Shown here: piece after piece, positions 25,527 to 38,931 of the stretch
How the letters are laid out: each line of letters opens with the position of its first letter
Numbering within the stretch: the first letter of the stretch is position 1
Source of the DNA: Lama guanicoe
Taxonomy: Eukaryota
Assembly: GCA_013239625.1 (NCBI GenBank)
Contig: MU053934.1
Coordinates: 9,197,352 to 9,261,351 of the forward strand
Reading direction: 5' to 3'
DNA: 64,000 nt
Position numbers and translations under genes: made by a program
Notes under the pieces: generated by a model
The model's input: only the letters and a program-made list of their open reading frames with translations
Told to the model about the DNA's origin: nothing
Databases searched by the model: none

Positions 25527-27399
25527 CCTTTTACTGGGTAGGGCCGTGCAGGCCCTGCCCCAGTGCGGGGTGGGGTCCCGGGGGGACCAGAGCAGATGGA
25601 AATCTCTGTCCTCAGGGCGTTTACATTCCAGTGAGGCCAGCTTTGTACTAAATATGTTAAACAGGTCAGATATGTAGCATGACAGGAAGGGAAGTTAGCC
25701 CTGACTGCTGCTCGCTGGCGGTGTGGGGTTAAGAGAAAAACCAGGCTGCTTAATTTGAGGACCAGGAAGCTTTTCCAGCCTTTTTGGAATGGTTTTGGTT
25801 CTTAAACTACTAGCATCAACACTTCTTCTTTGGTTAGAGGGTATTATTATAATATTATGTTTAAAAAACATAAAATTTTATCTTATGATCTCTTTAGTCA
25901 AGGAATTGAAACACTCATGGGTAACCTAAGTCATTTAATAAGAACATCTTAATGTAAACATCCAGCATATAAAATGTACTAGATTAGAGGTTAAAAAAAA
26001 TTTTGTTTTAGTAATAATTCAACAAAAACTTATTTTTCCCACAACCCACACTCCTGGGCTCGAATACTTACTTTAAATGAGAAATCTCCAGCTCTGTTTA
26101 AAGTATGATTTGACTTATAAATTGATTTATATACAATTCTTAATGCCTCTACTGACTGTGTAAAGTGCAGTATACTTAATGTTACTGCGGGTGCTGGAGG
26201 TCAGTAGAGAAATGAAGGTGACACAGTCTTCCCAGGCCTGGAAACTGAGGCACCCAGTGCAACAGGCTAGATTAGCTGCTAGAGGTGCTGCCTGGCTCGG
26301 TTTAACTCTCATTCTGTTCTGTGATTCCTTAGTGTTTCCATTCAGAACTCATTTGTTAAAATTCCTGCATCCTTCTGTTTGATTTAGAATTCTTCCTTTG
26401 GGACATTGTAATTTTTTTTGGAATTATTTTAGTCATTAAGAATTTGAACACAAAATGTTTGCTCTAATTTTTTTTGAACAGCAGTAATTTCTTGAGTATT
26501 CTCAGTTTGGTAGGGTGTAGGATTAGGTTGTATTTTAAAACTTTACATATTTAAAAGTTTTTTTGTAGCTCCGTTTTGTGACAGAACAGAAGCCTCAGTG
26601 CTCCAATTGGGGGATTAAAATACAGACTTCACTCTCTTGCACGGAAAGGCAGTTATTTTTGAAGTCTGACTGTGGTATGATAATTCTGAAAGAGAGAGTT
26701 CAGAGTGTACTGTCTTTTGTAATCGCTGAAAAATACTGACGTGCTGGGTAGCTGGTCACTGACAGAGCTGAAGGGCGGCGGCAGGGAGGAGTAGGTTTCG
26801 CTTGTGAAGGTGTCGTCCTGAGGAAGCTGCCCGGAGGAAGCTCCGTATAAACGCCGACCAAGTGTCAGAGCAGAGCCAGCCCTCCCCGCGCACCCCAACT
26901 CACGCGGCCGAGTACCCTTCTCCTGAGGTTACCCCCTTCTCTCCGGCATCGTCACTTTGCCGTCTTTACTCCAGCATTTTGTCAGCATGTAACCTGCTCT
27001 CCTATTTTCCATCTTGAAAATATCTTCCCTGGACTCCGTGTGCCCCTCAGTCCATTGTCCCTTTTCCCTCTCCTACCTCTGCTGCAAAAGATCGGGTACA
27101 TCGTGTTTACAGCATATGGTAAAGGATCGTTTCATCCTCCTTTCTCGGGATTAGATTTCTCTTCACGGAAGCAAACAGATGATCTCACAAGGAGGGTCGA
27201 GGAGCAGAGTTCTGAAGCTTTTTATGAACCCGTTTGTCACTGATGGATAAATCAGTTATTTGGTTGGTGGCTTGGCTGTTCATTGATATGCAGCCAGCCA
27301 GAGAGTGTAGCTCTTTATAATCCTGTGTTGTGTTAGGTATGTTAAGAGTTGTTCACAGTTTAAGTAGTTGCAGTTGTAACTACCTCAGTTAGTTAATGT

Positions 27400-28410
27400 A
27401 TTTTTTATTGACATGAGGTTTACATAACGTAAAATTAACCACTTTCAAGTGAACAACTGAGTAGCATTTAGCGCCTTCACCATACTGTACAGCCACCACT
27501 CCCGGAAACATTTTCATCGCCCCAAAAGGAAGCCCTGCGCCCGTTGGGCAATTGCTCCCCACTTCCCCACTTCCCTGGGCCCCTGGCAGCCCCTGTCCTG
27601 CGTCCTGTCGCTTCTGGATTTCTCATAGAAGTGGCATCATGGAATTAAGTGACCTTTTTTGTCTAGCTGCTTTCACTTAGCATAATGCATTTCGAGGTTA
27701 ACCACATTGTAGCGTGCATCAGTGTTTCATTTCTTTTTATGACTGAATAATATCTCATTGCATGCATATAGCACATTTTATTTATTCATTTGTTCGTGAT
27801 GAGCCTGTGGCTGGTTCCACACCATTTGGCTGTTTCAGATAGGGCTGCTGTGAATGTGCGTGTACACGTGTGTAGCTGAGCACCTGTTCTCACTTCCTTT
27901 GGGTATATACCTAGGCGTGGAATTGCTGTGTCAATTTTATATTTAAATTTTTAAGGAACCGCCAGACTTTTCCATAGCAGCTATTTTATACTTTTACCAA
28001 CAAGGCTGCAGTGCAAGGTTCCGGTTTCTCCACGTCCTTGCTGACATTTGGTTTCCTGTCTTTGGCTGATAGTCATCCTGGTGGGTGTGAAGCGGTGTCT
28101 CATTGTGGTTTTAATTTGCATTTCCCTGCTGACTAATGATACTGAACACTTTCCCATGTTCTTTCTGGTTATTTGTAAATCTTCTTTGGGGAAATGTCTA
28201 TTCAGGTCCTTCCTTTGCCCAGTTTTTAATTGGGCTGTTAAATTTTGTTGTCAGGTTGCAAGAGTTACTTACATATTGTGGATACGAGGAATTTTGTTGA
28301 ATCTACGGGTCCATTTGGGGAGAACTGCCGTCTCCGTTACGTTGAGCCCTCTGGTCCATGAATAAGGAACATCTCTCCATTTATTTAGGTCTTTTAAAAT
28401 TTTTCGGTTC
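27400..28410 (-). mobile_element. L1MB-like 3' end and ORF2 fragment
   Basis: tttttattgac...aaaattaaccact; gggtatatacctagg.gtggaattgct; tctcattgtggttttaatttgcatttccct. Confidence 0.85.
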
Positions 28411-30824
28411 TATCCGTTTCGAGTAGATGACCCGTGTTTATTGACAGACTTGGAAGGATCTTGGTGGGCAAGAAGGACAATGGAAGTTAAGTGAAATTTC
28501 TCACTCTCTTCTTGAAAAAGGCCTAGTGATATTACTGAATTTGGAATTTGACAATGAAACTTCGATTTAACAATGAAACTTGAACAAATTTTATTGTATG
28601 TCAGTTCAGACCTAACCTAATACAAATCTTTCACAGAGTGTTCTAGCTCCTGACACGGTGCCTGTGCTGTCTTTTGACTGTTTCTCTGTGAGAACCATGT
28701 TCTTCGTAGGTTTTTAGCAGGCTCTCTGTGCCAATTTTTTGCTACCGCTCTTGAGGTAAAAACTATAATTACGTTGTCAAAATAATATTTAGAGTATTAT
28801 TTTCAGAGAATAATTGCAGTGGTTTGACGAATATATTATGCTCATCAACTTTTGTGTAAACACAAGCATGAGTTATTTTAATTGAGTTATTGGTGTTGTC
28901 TTTGGCCTTTGTTCTTTTCTAATCTGTAAAAATGCTGCTGGGATCTCTGAGGGGCTTGGTAACATTTGCACTGTTTACATAAAGATCAGTTGATAAGCTG
29001 TTTGGTAAAAGTAAACTGTCATTTGTCCTTGTCTGGAGTTTTCTTTTCTTATTTCTAGGACGTCTTTAAACCTTTTCTTTCCCAGAATTGTGTTCTGATT
29101 CAGAGGGCTAATTTTTAGTTGCCTGATGAATTGTTGGGTCAGTTGGCTTTCAGACCAGCTCATGTTATTGGCTTCTTTTGTGTGTTAAATTTTACAAGGA
29201 TTTGAGTGTTAGTATTGTAAAATATTCAGTAGAAATATAAATGTCTTGTGTAAACTGTACTTAAGATTAAAAATGAAGGTATTATGTTTTATTATGAACA
29301 CTTTCTATAATTTGTTGCAGAGTAATTTTTAAAAGCTCATAAAAGTGGCAAGAACAATAATCACTGTGTATGCAGGCTACATGGGTGAACACTTGCCTGT
29401 TTTTTTAGTCATTCTTCAGTATTTCTGAGTATGGGTATGGGTGTGTACTTGCAATTTTGTGTCTTGCTTCTTTATTTTAGATTACAATGTTAACTTAATA
29501 TGGTGTTGAGGTTCTTGGTTCAGCATTTTCTTTGCATACTTTTTTTCTCTCGGTGTTTTGCTTTTTGGCCAGTTTCACAGCTCCTCTCTGAGCGGCTGGT
29601 TGTTGAGTTACTGTGAGTAAGTGACCGGCACGGGCACATTACACACCTTGTCCTCTTAAACCCTTACGGCTGCTCTGCCTTGGAAGTGTTGCAGCCACAG
29701 CGACAGGCTTCGAAGGGAAGGCCTGGATTCCGGGAAAGGCTGAGGACAGAGGACCTGAGCTCTGTCCTCTCTCCTAGCAAAGCTGGGATCTAGGAGGTTG
29801 AAGGACTTTGAAAGTCCTCTTGCCCTTAAAAATGTCTCCTGGGCGCGGCCTGGTGGGGCTTCCGTTAATGGAGCAGCAGCTTTCATTTCGTCTCCGAGTC
29901 TCCTGTGCGCCTTCCATGATGAGCCCCGAGATGAGCCCCGATCGCTGTTCCCGGGGAAGGGCCCCCACTTGTTCTGCCAGTCCTGCTCCTGCCGCCGGCA
30001 GGCTTCGTGCCCCAGCCGAGCTACCTGACCTTCCGAGCTGTGATGTGCTCTGTGCAAGGGCGGATGTATTAACACCTGCCTCACGAGGTTGTCGTGGGGA
30101 CTAGATGAGATGATACAGTTAGGACATGGTGTCTCGCGCCTGGTAAGCACTCAGCACATAGTTTATCACCATGTTACTGTTACCTCTCTGCCTGGTGACT
30201 TGATCTTGATGCTTCACTCATGCTGGTGTGTAGTTGCTCAGAAGTGTCCTCCTCTCTCTGCACTCAGCATCTCATCACAGGCCACCTTGTCTGTTTGGAC
30301 CGCCGTGGCCCCGATGGGGACCACTTTGGAAACAGCAGACAGTAGAGTGTGGGCACCGACCCCTCGGCATGGATGCCAGGCAGAGCTGGGCGTGGCCACG
30401 GTGGGTAGAGGCTTGGTACCCGCCTTCAGTTACAGGGTGTAACCTGAGGAGGGGCTGGGGCATTCGGGGCAGTGTCTGTGCACCACTAAGTACAGAAGTG
30501 TTTCAGGTACTTGACTTCCCAGCTCTGCAGAAGTCCCCTGGCTGCCGGGTTCTCGGAACCTCACTGTCCTCCCTGCGCGCCTGCAGTCCTGAGGGCAGTG
30601 GGGGTGTGTGTCCTGGGGCCGTTCTCTCTCTATCACCTCAGTGTTGTCTCTGGTTTAACTAATTCTATGTATTACATTTTCTTTGTTAGGAAAACAGTTT
30701 AGTCTCTGTGCGTCCGACCTGGGCCTGACTGACTGAGCTGTTACCCTTTTCTCAGGCTTGTGCTCGGTGCATCTTCTCCCGCTGCCCCTGGGGCCCTCCC
30801 TCCGCCTTCCTTCTCTTCATCTGC

Positions 30825-31440
30825 TGTGCCCACCAGGGTGCAACCAGGAGGCGGAAACCACACTAATTTGAATAGAGAAAATTTAAAATAAAGAATTACT
30901 AACTATAACAGAGGCTTGAAATAACAGGAGATTGACTACTAAGAAGCAAGGAGATGCCAAAGAACACAGGGATTGCAGACACAAGGGGCAGCCAGGTCCC
31001 CAGGGCTCAGACGGGTGTGCGGGGCATCGGCCCAAGGTCCAGGCCTGCTTGCAGAGTGCAGTGAAGACGCTGAGGGGTGGTGCTGGAGGAACTTGCTGGA
31101 ACTCCGCCCTCAGGGGGAGGTTGTCCAGGGAGGCTCCATGACCGGGAACTTGCTTCGAAATGTCCTGAGGAAGCTCCTGGCTGCTGAACACGGCCGGTTG
31201 GTCCTGCTGTGCAGGAGCCCCTCCCTGGAGAAGCCACCCACTGCAGGAGACCAGTGCTGGGGGGACAGCACGCTGCAGGTGGTGGGAGGCCGGAGGGGCA
31301 CCCGGAGCCAGGCAGAGAGGGCCCTCTTCCTCCAGCGCCCCCACCGCCGAGGCTGCACCTGCCAGCCCACAGAGCAGACGTCTGAAGGGCCCACCTTTCT
31401 GTCTGCAGGGCAGGCAGGGAAGCTGAGAGGTGGTCTGTGT
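30825..31440 (-). mobile_element. Ancient LTR-like element (LTR78/LTR79-like, family tentative)
   Basis: cagggtgcaaccaggaggcggaaaccacactaatttgaa...atttaaaataaagaatta resembles these LTR ends as recalled. Confidence 0.45.
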
Positions 31441-31589
31441 AGCGAATTCGTGAATATAAAGAGCTTTAGAGAACCTTAAGTTCCTAACGCGTTGCATTCT
31501 CATAAACACTTTATTTTCTGAGTGTAACTTTTGCCAGTCTGGTGAGTGTGGTTTTTCTCACGGGGCTGCATGCTCTTTCTTATATATAT

Positions 31590-32200
31590 GTGTGTATAGA
31601 CATGTATATTCTGTAGATTTGGACAAATGTATAATGACATGTATCCATCATTATGGGATCACACAGAGTAGTTTGACTGCCCTAAAAACTCTCTGCCCCA
31701 CCTCGTCACCACGCCTTCCCCCAGCCCCTGGCCACCAGTGACCTTTTGACTGACTCCATAGTTTTGTCATAGGGTTGCAACCGTACGGTATATGACCTTT
31801 TCAGGTTGGCTTTTCATTTAGTAATATCTTGGCAGCTCATTTCTTTTTAGTGCTGAGTAATATTCTGTCATCTGGATGGACCACAGTTTATTTATCTGTC
31901 CGTCTACTGAAGGACATCCTGGTTGCCTCTGAGTTTTGGCAATTATGAATAAGGCTGCTATAAATATTCGTGTGCTGGGCTTTGTGTGGACGTAAGTCCT
32001 AGTTACTTTGGGTAAAATACCAAGGAGCGCCATTGTTGGGTTGTATCCTAAGTGTATGTTTAGTTTTGTAAGAAACTGCTGGGCTGTCTTCAGAGTGTCT
32101 GCGCTGTTCTGCATTCCCACCAGCACTAAGTGAGCATTCCTGTTGCTCCATGTCCTCGCCTTGTCCGGCATTTGTTGTCAGTGTTCTGGATCTTGTCCAA
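31590..32200 (-). mobile_element. L1MC-like 3' end
   Basis: ttggacaaatgtataatgacatgtatccatcatta; ORF 31818..32171 gives an L1 ORF2 C-terminal-like peptide (FIAALFIIAKT..EYYSALKRNEL). Confidence 0.85.
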
Positions 32201-32236
32201 TATTCTGCAGTTTTATTTGGTGAAATATTCTAAATA

Positions 32237-32356
32237 TGGGGGTGGGTGGGAATTAGGTTTATTGATTTATTTATTTTCAGAGGAGGTGCTGGGGATTGAA
32301 CCCAGGACCTTATGTATGCTAAGCTTGCGCTCTTCCACTTGAGCTAAATCCTCCCG
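32237..32356 (-). mobile_element. tRNA-derived SINE, Vic-1-like
   Basis: ggaggtgctggggattgaacccaggacct...tgctaagc...ccacttgagcta, preceded by aattaggtttatt tail. Confidence 0.85.
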
Positions 32357-33082
32357 TCACTTATTCAAATCTTTTCAGTATGTCAGTAGTTTTGTCTGCT
32401 TGTTCTGTAATTTGCTGAAAAAGGTATATTATTATCGCCAAATTTGATTGTGGATTTTTCTCTTTCCCCAATACTTTTGTCAGTTTTTCTTTATATATTT
32501 TGAAGCCATATTATTAAGTGATTCCAATTTGAGACTGTGTCTTTCTGGTGAATTAAGGCATTCTGAAGTGACATTTAAGCAAATGTCCAGTAATGCTTTT
32601 TGCCTTAAAGTTTATTATCTCTTATTTTAAGTGGAGTATGACCCCTTTTAGGCTGGCATTTCCCTCCTTTATCCTTTTTACCGTTCTTTAACTTTCAGTA
32701 CTTCTGTAGCCTTACATTTAACATGTCTTGTTTGGGAAGAGCAGATTGTTGGGTTTTAAAATATCCAGTCTCAGGGTACCTGTCTTTCAGTTGGAGCACA
32801 TGTTCCAATGATATTTAATGTGATTACAGGTATATCTGTGTCTACTTTTACAGTCTTTTAAAGAAGTTAATTAATTTTGTATAGAGTGCATTGTTTTGTA
32901 AGGCATTTTAATGTTAACATCACGCCCAAAATTTAATTGTGGTGAGAGACTTTTTATGGTTAAAAGAAGCTAACAGAAACTTCCTGTTTAATAACATGGG
33001 ACATTTCTTATTAAGATGTACTCATTTAGTGTGTTAAAAAGTTCTTTTAATCATACGTCTGTTTTGTTTTGTAAACCCTCAG

Positions 33083-33179
33083 CCTTTCGCTGCGGCCTGC
33101 AGTTTCTAGGCAACGTTGCCTCGCGGAACGAGGATTCCCAGTCCATTGTTTGGATGCACGCTTTCCCAGAGCTCTTTTT
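33083..33179 (+). CDS. ATXN10: Ataxin-10 coding exon 4 (97 nt, phase 1-2): (A)FRCGLQFLGNVASRNEDSQSIVWMHAFPELF(L)
   Basis: Read directly from sequence (absent from the ORF track). Acceptor ctcag|CC, donor TT|gtgagt; frame continuous with exons 3 and 5. Confidence 0.96.
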
Positions 33180-35355
33180 GTGAGTATATTGATGAGAGCT
33201 TTTCTAACTTCTGAAAAGACTGTGGTCCTACCATTCCACTCGCATGAAGTTCCAAAACAGGAAGACTAACCTCTGGTAGTGGAATTCAGGACAGGGGTTG
33301 CTCTTGGCCGGTGGTGGCGGGCTCTGTACTGGCTGGGAGAGGGCACGAGGGCGCGTCCTGGGCTTCTGGGAACGTTCTCTGTCTTGATCTGGGTGGTGGG
33401 TACATAGGTAAATACAGATCTAATCATTTGGGGGGGTGTACATTCAAGATTTTCTTCATTGTATGCCAATTTTACTTTAAGTAAATAAAAATTTTGGTTT
33501 AAGTAAGAAATACTGTTAAGGATACTTTTTTATAAGAAAAAAAATGTATAAGAAAAAAGCCATAAAGCATTGAAGTATGGGCAGTGAATTACTTGTTAGC
33601 GGAGCGTGTCTTCTAAGCTCAGCGTGAGGCTGTCCATCTGGTGGGCGTGGAGGGGTGAGGGCTGTGGCAGCCAGTCTGTCTGTCTAGCTGGGTTCGTGGT
33701 GCCCTTCCCGGCGGTTTGCTACTTTGTGTTGACTGGCTGTGCTGGTGGAGCACTGAGATGACGGGGGAGCGGGTGACGGGGACGGGCGGGTGAGAGGAGA
33801 GGCTCCTCCGGGAGCACAAGGCCCGGCCTCTGATCCAGGTTCTGCTGCCAACGAACGGGGGTGGTGGTGACAGTACAGGCAGCTGTTGTTTGAATGCTCT
33901 GGGCTGGATGTTGTCTGTGTATTTCCCTGTCCTGTCCAACCTCTCTGCTGGCCGAGCGGTACTGTCCCCATTTGGACAGATGAGGGGACTGACGCTTATT
34001 GCTGGTAAATGGCGTGGCTGGCACGTAAACCCAGTGCTGCCCTCTGGATCCAAAGCCTACACCCTTTTAAACACCAGCTGCCTGACTTCTGTGCTGCCCT
34101 CCCTGGTTGGAGGGGTTTTCTGGGCTCATCTGTGTGGTGTTAGGATCACACAAAGTCTAATGTTGTCTCTAGCTCACCGAGTCTGTAACTGGTCCTCAAA
34201 CTCCTGCAATAATTAGAGCTGAAGGCATGACGTCTTTATGATTGATAATAATGGAACTTAGGTTGGAACGAAGGAATTGTGGAATTTAAGCTACAGAAAT
34301 AGAAATTACTCATTTCTGAGAATTCATTCCTTTAAAACATTTTGAACACCTGATAGCTGCCAGGTTCTGAGCTGGACGAGCAGAACAAAGGTAACGTAGA
34401 TGTAGTCCTTACTCCCCAGGTGCCCATGCTTTGGTTGGGGAAATAAAGGAATGGGCAGGCATGCTGTAGTGAAAGAGCCGATGTAACACCGGTAACTCCA
34501 GGTGCCCCGGGGACGCAGAGGAGAGGCCCTTGAACAGGGCAGTTGGAGAAGTTCACGTGGTGGCTTTAGATACATTATCAAACCTGGTCCTCACAAAAGC
34601 CCTCTGAGATAGTCCATTTTTATGTCAGAAAACACTCTGAAAGAGGCTGTGTGACCTCACCCTGTGTGTTTGTAAGACAGATACAACCAAATCTGAATTC
34701 AGCTTTGGCAGGTACCGGCTTTGTGCCCTGGGGCACGTCAGGTCAACTCATTCTGAATCTACACAATAAAGAAAATAGCTCCTCCAGAAGAGTATTACAA
34801 AGTTTAAATGAAAATAAAATCCTGTCATGGTGCCTGACTCGTAATTGACAGCCGGTACATCAGTGGCCTTTCTGTGATCACACAGCTGATGGGTGGATGA
34901 GCCGGGAGTCACACTGAAGCTTTCGACTCCTAATTGTGTTTCTTGCCAATATATCAACTTTCCCTTAAATATTTCTGTCCCTCAAACTGGTAAAGGACTA
35001 TCTGTAGTCTTTGAGGTATTATTTTTTGCCTTTTTATTTTTCTAACAAGAATGAATATTTTATTGTTTTATAGATGTAATCATTTAATATGTTTTTTTAA
35101 TCAGATGTTATTTCCTGTTGCTTGAGTCGTCAGTCAGCCGCAGCTTTAGTATTGGATACTTTGTGTTGCGGCTAATTTTATATTTGCCAATTTTGCAGTA
35201 AACAATGTACTTGTTTCAGAGTGTTGTAATTCTTCATTAAATCCTTAGAAATATCAGCTTGTACTCAATTTGTTAATGGGATTATTGTTACATGTTACAT
35301 CATGTTTTGTCATGTTGCTGCATTGGGCTAACCCCCTGATTTCTTTCTTTGGAAG

Positions 35356-35514
35356 GTCTTGCTTAAACCATCCAGACAAAAAGATCGTTGCCTACTCATC
35401 AATGATTTTGTTCACATCCCTTAATTCTGAAAGAATGAAGGAGCTGGAAGAAAACCTCAATATTGCGATCGATGTCATAGAAGCGCACCAGAAGCAGCCG
35501 GAGTCGGAGTGGCC
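35356..35514 (+). CDS. ATXN10: Ataxin-10 coding exon 5 (159 nt, phase 2-2): (L)SCLNHPDKKIVAYSSMILFTSLNSERMKELEENLNIAIDVIEAHQKQPESEW(P)
   Basis: Branch-point-like ctaac at 35328-35332, acceptor ggaag|G, donor CC|gtatgt; peptide in ORF 35270..35611. Confidence 0.97.
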
Positions 35515-36009
35515 GTATGTATCTTGTGGGAAATGTGGTCGCTTAAGAACATCCCAGCAGATCATTTTCCTGGTAGAGGTTTTAGGCACAAGTTTGAATT
35601 ATCATAATTGAACGATAAGTTAAAACTTAACATAGGTGGAACAAATGAGAGAAGCGTCCCAGCAGGACCTGGAGGCCTGTGAAAGAGGGGACGTACGGTT
35701 GGAATAGGGTCCTGGAGGGTGGGCTCTTCAAGGCGGTGAGGCGGGGAGGGCGTTCCTAGTGCAGGAGCCAGCCCAGCCTGCAGACGCGGCGGCGCTTGCG
35801 GGCTCCGCAGATCAGACCGCTGTGCTTGCGGTGGACGGTTCCTTAAGTTCATGGGTGACCAGTGTCTTGTGGTGCCTGTTCGGGGAGAAATTCAGTGTCA
35901 TTCAAATTGTTGCCCTCTGTACATCATGCAGCATTTCCCTTTGATTGCTTGTCTTTAGTTACGTTTATTAGAACAAGTGTAATAATAAATTAGTAAGTAG
36001 ATAAATTAG

Positions 36010-38130
36010 TACCTGTTTTATTCTTTTAGATGCTATTATGAATGGAATTGTTTTCTTAAACGTTCATGGGTTGTTAATTGCTGGTATATAGAAGTGCAGT
36101 TGGTTTCTGTGTTTTTATTTTACACCCTGCAACCTTGCTGAGGCTCATTTATTGTTCTAGTAGGTTTTCTGTGTGTGTGGTTTTTAGAGGATTTCTATAT
36201 ACAGGGTCATCCATCTGCAAATAGATAGTTGTCTTTTTTTCTTTCCAGTCAAGTACCCTTGTTTCTTTCTTTCTCTTTTTAACCTAATTACTCTGACTAC
36301 AAGTTCTAGTACAGTGCTGAGTAGCAGTGTTGAGAGCAGGTACCTGTGTCTTGTCCTTGATCTTAGGGGGAGCTTTCCGTCTTCAGCGCCGAGTGTGGGG
36401 ATAGCTCTTGGGGTTTTCACAGACGCCCACTGTCAGGATGAGGAACCTTCCTCCTGCTTGCTCCCGGTTTGTTGAATGTGTTCTATCAGGAAAGGGTACT
36501 GGAGTTTATCAAATTCTTTTTCTGCATCTATTGAAGTTTTTATCCTTTATTTTATTACTGTAGTATATTACAATGATTACTTTTTAAAACTTTTTTAGAA
36601 GTTTTATTTATTTAGTTAGAAAATTTTTTTTTAACTGGAGGGACTGGGGATTGAACCTAGGACCTCGTGCATGTTAAGCACGCGCTTTACTACTGAGCTG
36701 TAAACCCCTCCTGCCCTGACTTTTTAAGAGTTTAAGCCAGCTTTTCCGTCCTGGGGTAAATCTCACTTAACGATACACAGTCGTTTTATATGTTTCTGGG
36801 CTTGGTTTGCTCATGGTTTGTTGGGGACTTTTGTGTCTATGCTGATAAGCATGTTGGTCCGTAGGTTTCTTTTTTCGTGTTGTCTTTGTGTGATTTTGTT
36901 ATCGGGGTAACACTGGACTCACAGAATGAGTTGAGAAGAGTTCCCTTTCCTTCTGTTTCTGCTTTTGTTATTTTGGGGAAGAGTGTGTGGAGGATTAGTA
37001 TTAATTCTTCTTTAAATATTTGGTGGAATTTGCTGGTGGAACCCGCGAGTCTCGGGCTTTTCATTATGGGAAGTATTTTGATTGCTCGTTCAGTCTCTAT
37101 CTGTTACGGGTCTATTCAGACCTGTAACTCTGACTTCTTTCTCAGACCTGTTCCTTCCTTTTAGGTCAGATTTGGTAGTTTGTGTCTTTCTAGGCACGTG
37201 TCCATTTGGCCCAGGCAGTCTAATGGCACAGAGCCCTTCATCGTGTTACCTTTTTATTTACGTAATGTTGTTCGTAGTGTTCCCTCTTTATTCCTGGCTT
37301 TTGTCGTTTTAGTCTTGTCTCTTTTTGGTTGCTATACCTTAAGATTTGTCCGGCTTTTTGCTCTTCTCAGAGAATCAGCTTCTGGTTCTGTTGATTTTTC
37401 TCTGTCGGTTTTCTGTTCCCTCATTGATTTCTGCTGTAACCCTTATTGTAGCCTCCCTTCTGCTTGCTTTGGGTTGAGTTTTCTCTTTTCCTAGCTTCTT
37501 AAGATGCAAGTTTAGGGTATTGTTACCAGGTCTTCCTTCTTTTTTATACAGGCACTGACAGTTACACATTTCTTTGTGAGAACTGCTCTCGCTGAATCTC
37601 GTAAATTTTGGTGTGTTGCGTTTTCACTTTTCACTCATCTACAGTTATATTTTAGTTTCCCTTATGATTTTTCTTTGACTCATGGGTTACTAAGGAATTT
37701 GTTGTTTAATTTCCATATATTTGTGTATTTCCTAAATTTCATTTTGTTACTGATTTCTAATTTCATTCTGTTGCAATTGGAGAATACACTATATAATTTC
37801 ATTCTTTTTAAATACACTGAGGCTTGTTGTATGGCCTGATACCTGGTCTGACGTGGAGGATGTTCCATGTGCACTTGAGAATATTCTGTTTCTGGTGGGG
37901 AGTTCTGTGGGTGCCTGTTAGGTCGCGCTGGTTTACAGTGGTGTTCAGGCTTCTGTTTCCTGGATGGTCTTCTGTTGAGTTGTTCTGTTCATTATTGAAA
38001 GCGGGTAATTTTCTCTTTCTTCCTTCAGTTCTGTCGGCTCTTGCTTCACCTGTTTTAAGGCTCTGTTGTTGGGTACGTATATATGTTTGTAACTGTTAGG
38101 TCTTGAGGAATTGACCCTCTCATCATGACA
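36010..38130 (-). mobile_element. Old L1 ORF2 region, fragmented
   Basis: Degenerate ORF2 peptides in ORFs 36184..36420, 36837..37064 (FKEELILILHTLF) and 37680..37874 (MKLEISN..NIWKLNN). Confidence 0.85.
36600..36711 (-). mobile_element. tRNA-derived SINE, Vic-1-like, inserted in the old L1
   Basis: ctggggattgaacctaggacctcgtgcatgttaagcacgcgct...actgagctg. Confidence 0.85.
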
Positions 38131-38823
38131 GAATTCATCAGTGACATGGTCACCTTTTGTCTTTTGTGTCTTTTTATGTGTGCTCCTTGATGCTTACATG
38201 GCTTTTATCGCCTTCTATTTGGGACATAAACACTGTAATGCAGATAATGATTGATCTAGCTGTAACTGTTCACACTTTCAAATCAGTGATCAGTGAGAAA
38301 GATTGAGAGGAAGAAGGAGATGGGGGTGGAGACCTTCATGCATTTTGTCTTTTAGCCAGCACAGAAAGTGATGCAGAAATGTGGTTGGTGCTTCAACATG
38401 AACAGCCTGATTTGTGAACCTTAGCTTTTCTGTGATGACATTTAGATGATGAATTTCAAGACTAAACTGAAGAGTTCTGCCTCAGACTGCCTGGGACAGA
38501 AAGTGGCAGGTGACAGACCAGGCCTCCTGTGTCTGTGTCTCGCCTGCTACCCTTGTGCACACGAGGGAGATTTCGGCCTGTGGGCATGTGACATGCAGGC
38601 CTGAGGAATGCATCCTATTTCTAGCCTTTTCTGTTGATAAAGTAAATATGTGTTCTCTGATGCCCTTTCTGCTCTGACTTCTGCCTTGAATAGAATATAG
38701 TTTTGATCGTCTCTCAAGACAATTTGTTCTATTTTCTATAAAGTTGAGGTTTTAGTTACAGTCCCCAAATGTCCTTGTAGCATTTTAAGTTTCCTATTAG
38801 TGGGACCTCACCTCCCTCATAGC

Positions 38824-38931
38824 ATATTACTGTGGAATTTCTGAATTTACAGAAATAGTGATTCTGCAAACATTTAATATTACCACAGAATTTCTGAATT
38901 TACAGAAATCGTGATTCTGCAAAAGAATTTA
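38824..38931. repeat. Tandem duplication, 53-bp period, two copies
   Basis: atattac(tgtg/caca)gaatttctgaatttacagaaat(a/c)gtgattctgcaaa starting at 38824 and 38877. Confidence 0.9.

Noticed and set aside
30883..31509. 208-aa minus-strand ORF and overlapping 168-aa plus-strand ORF
   Set aside because: Lie in a GC-rich, probably LTR-derived segment; low-information peptides with no recognised motif.
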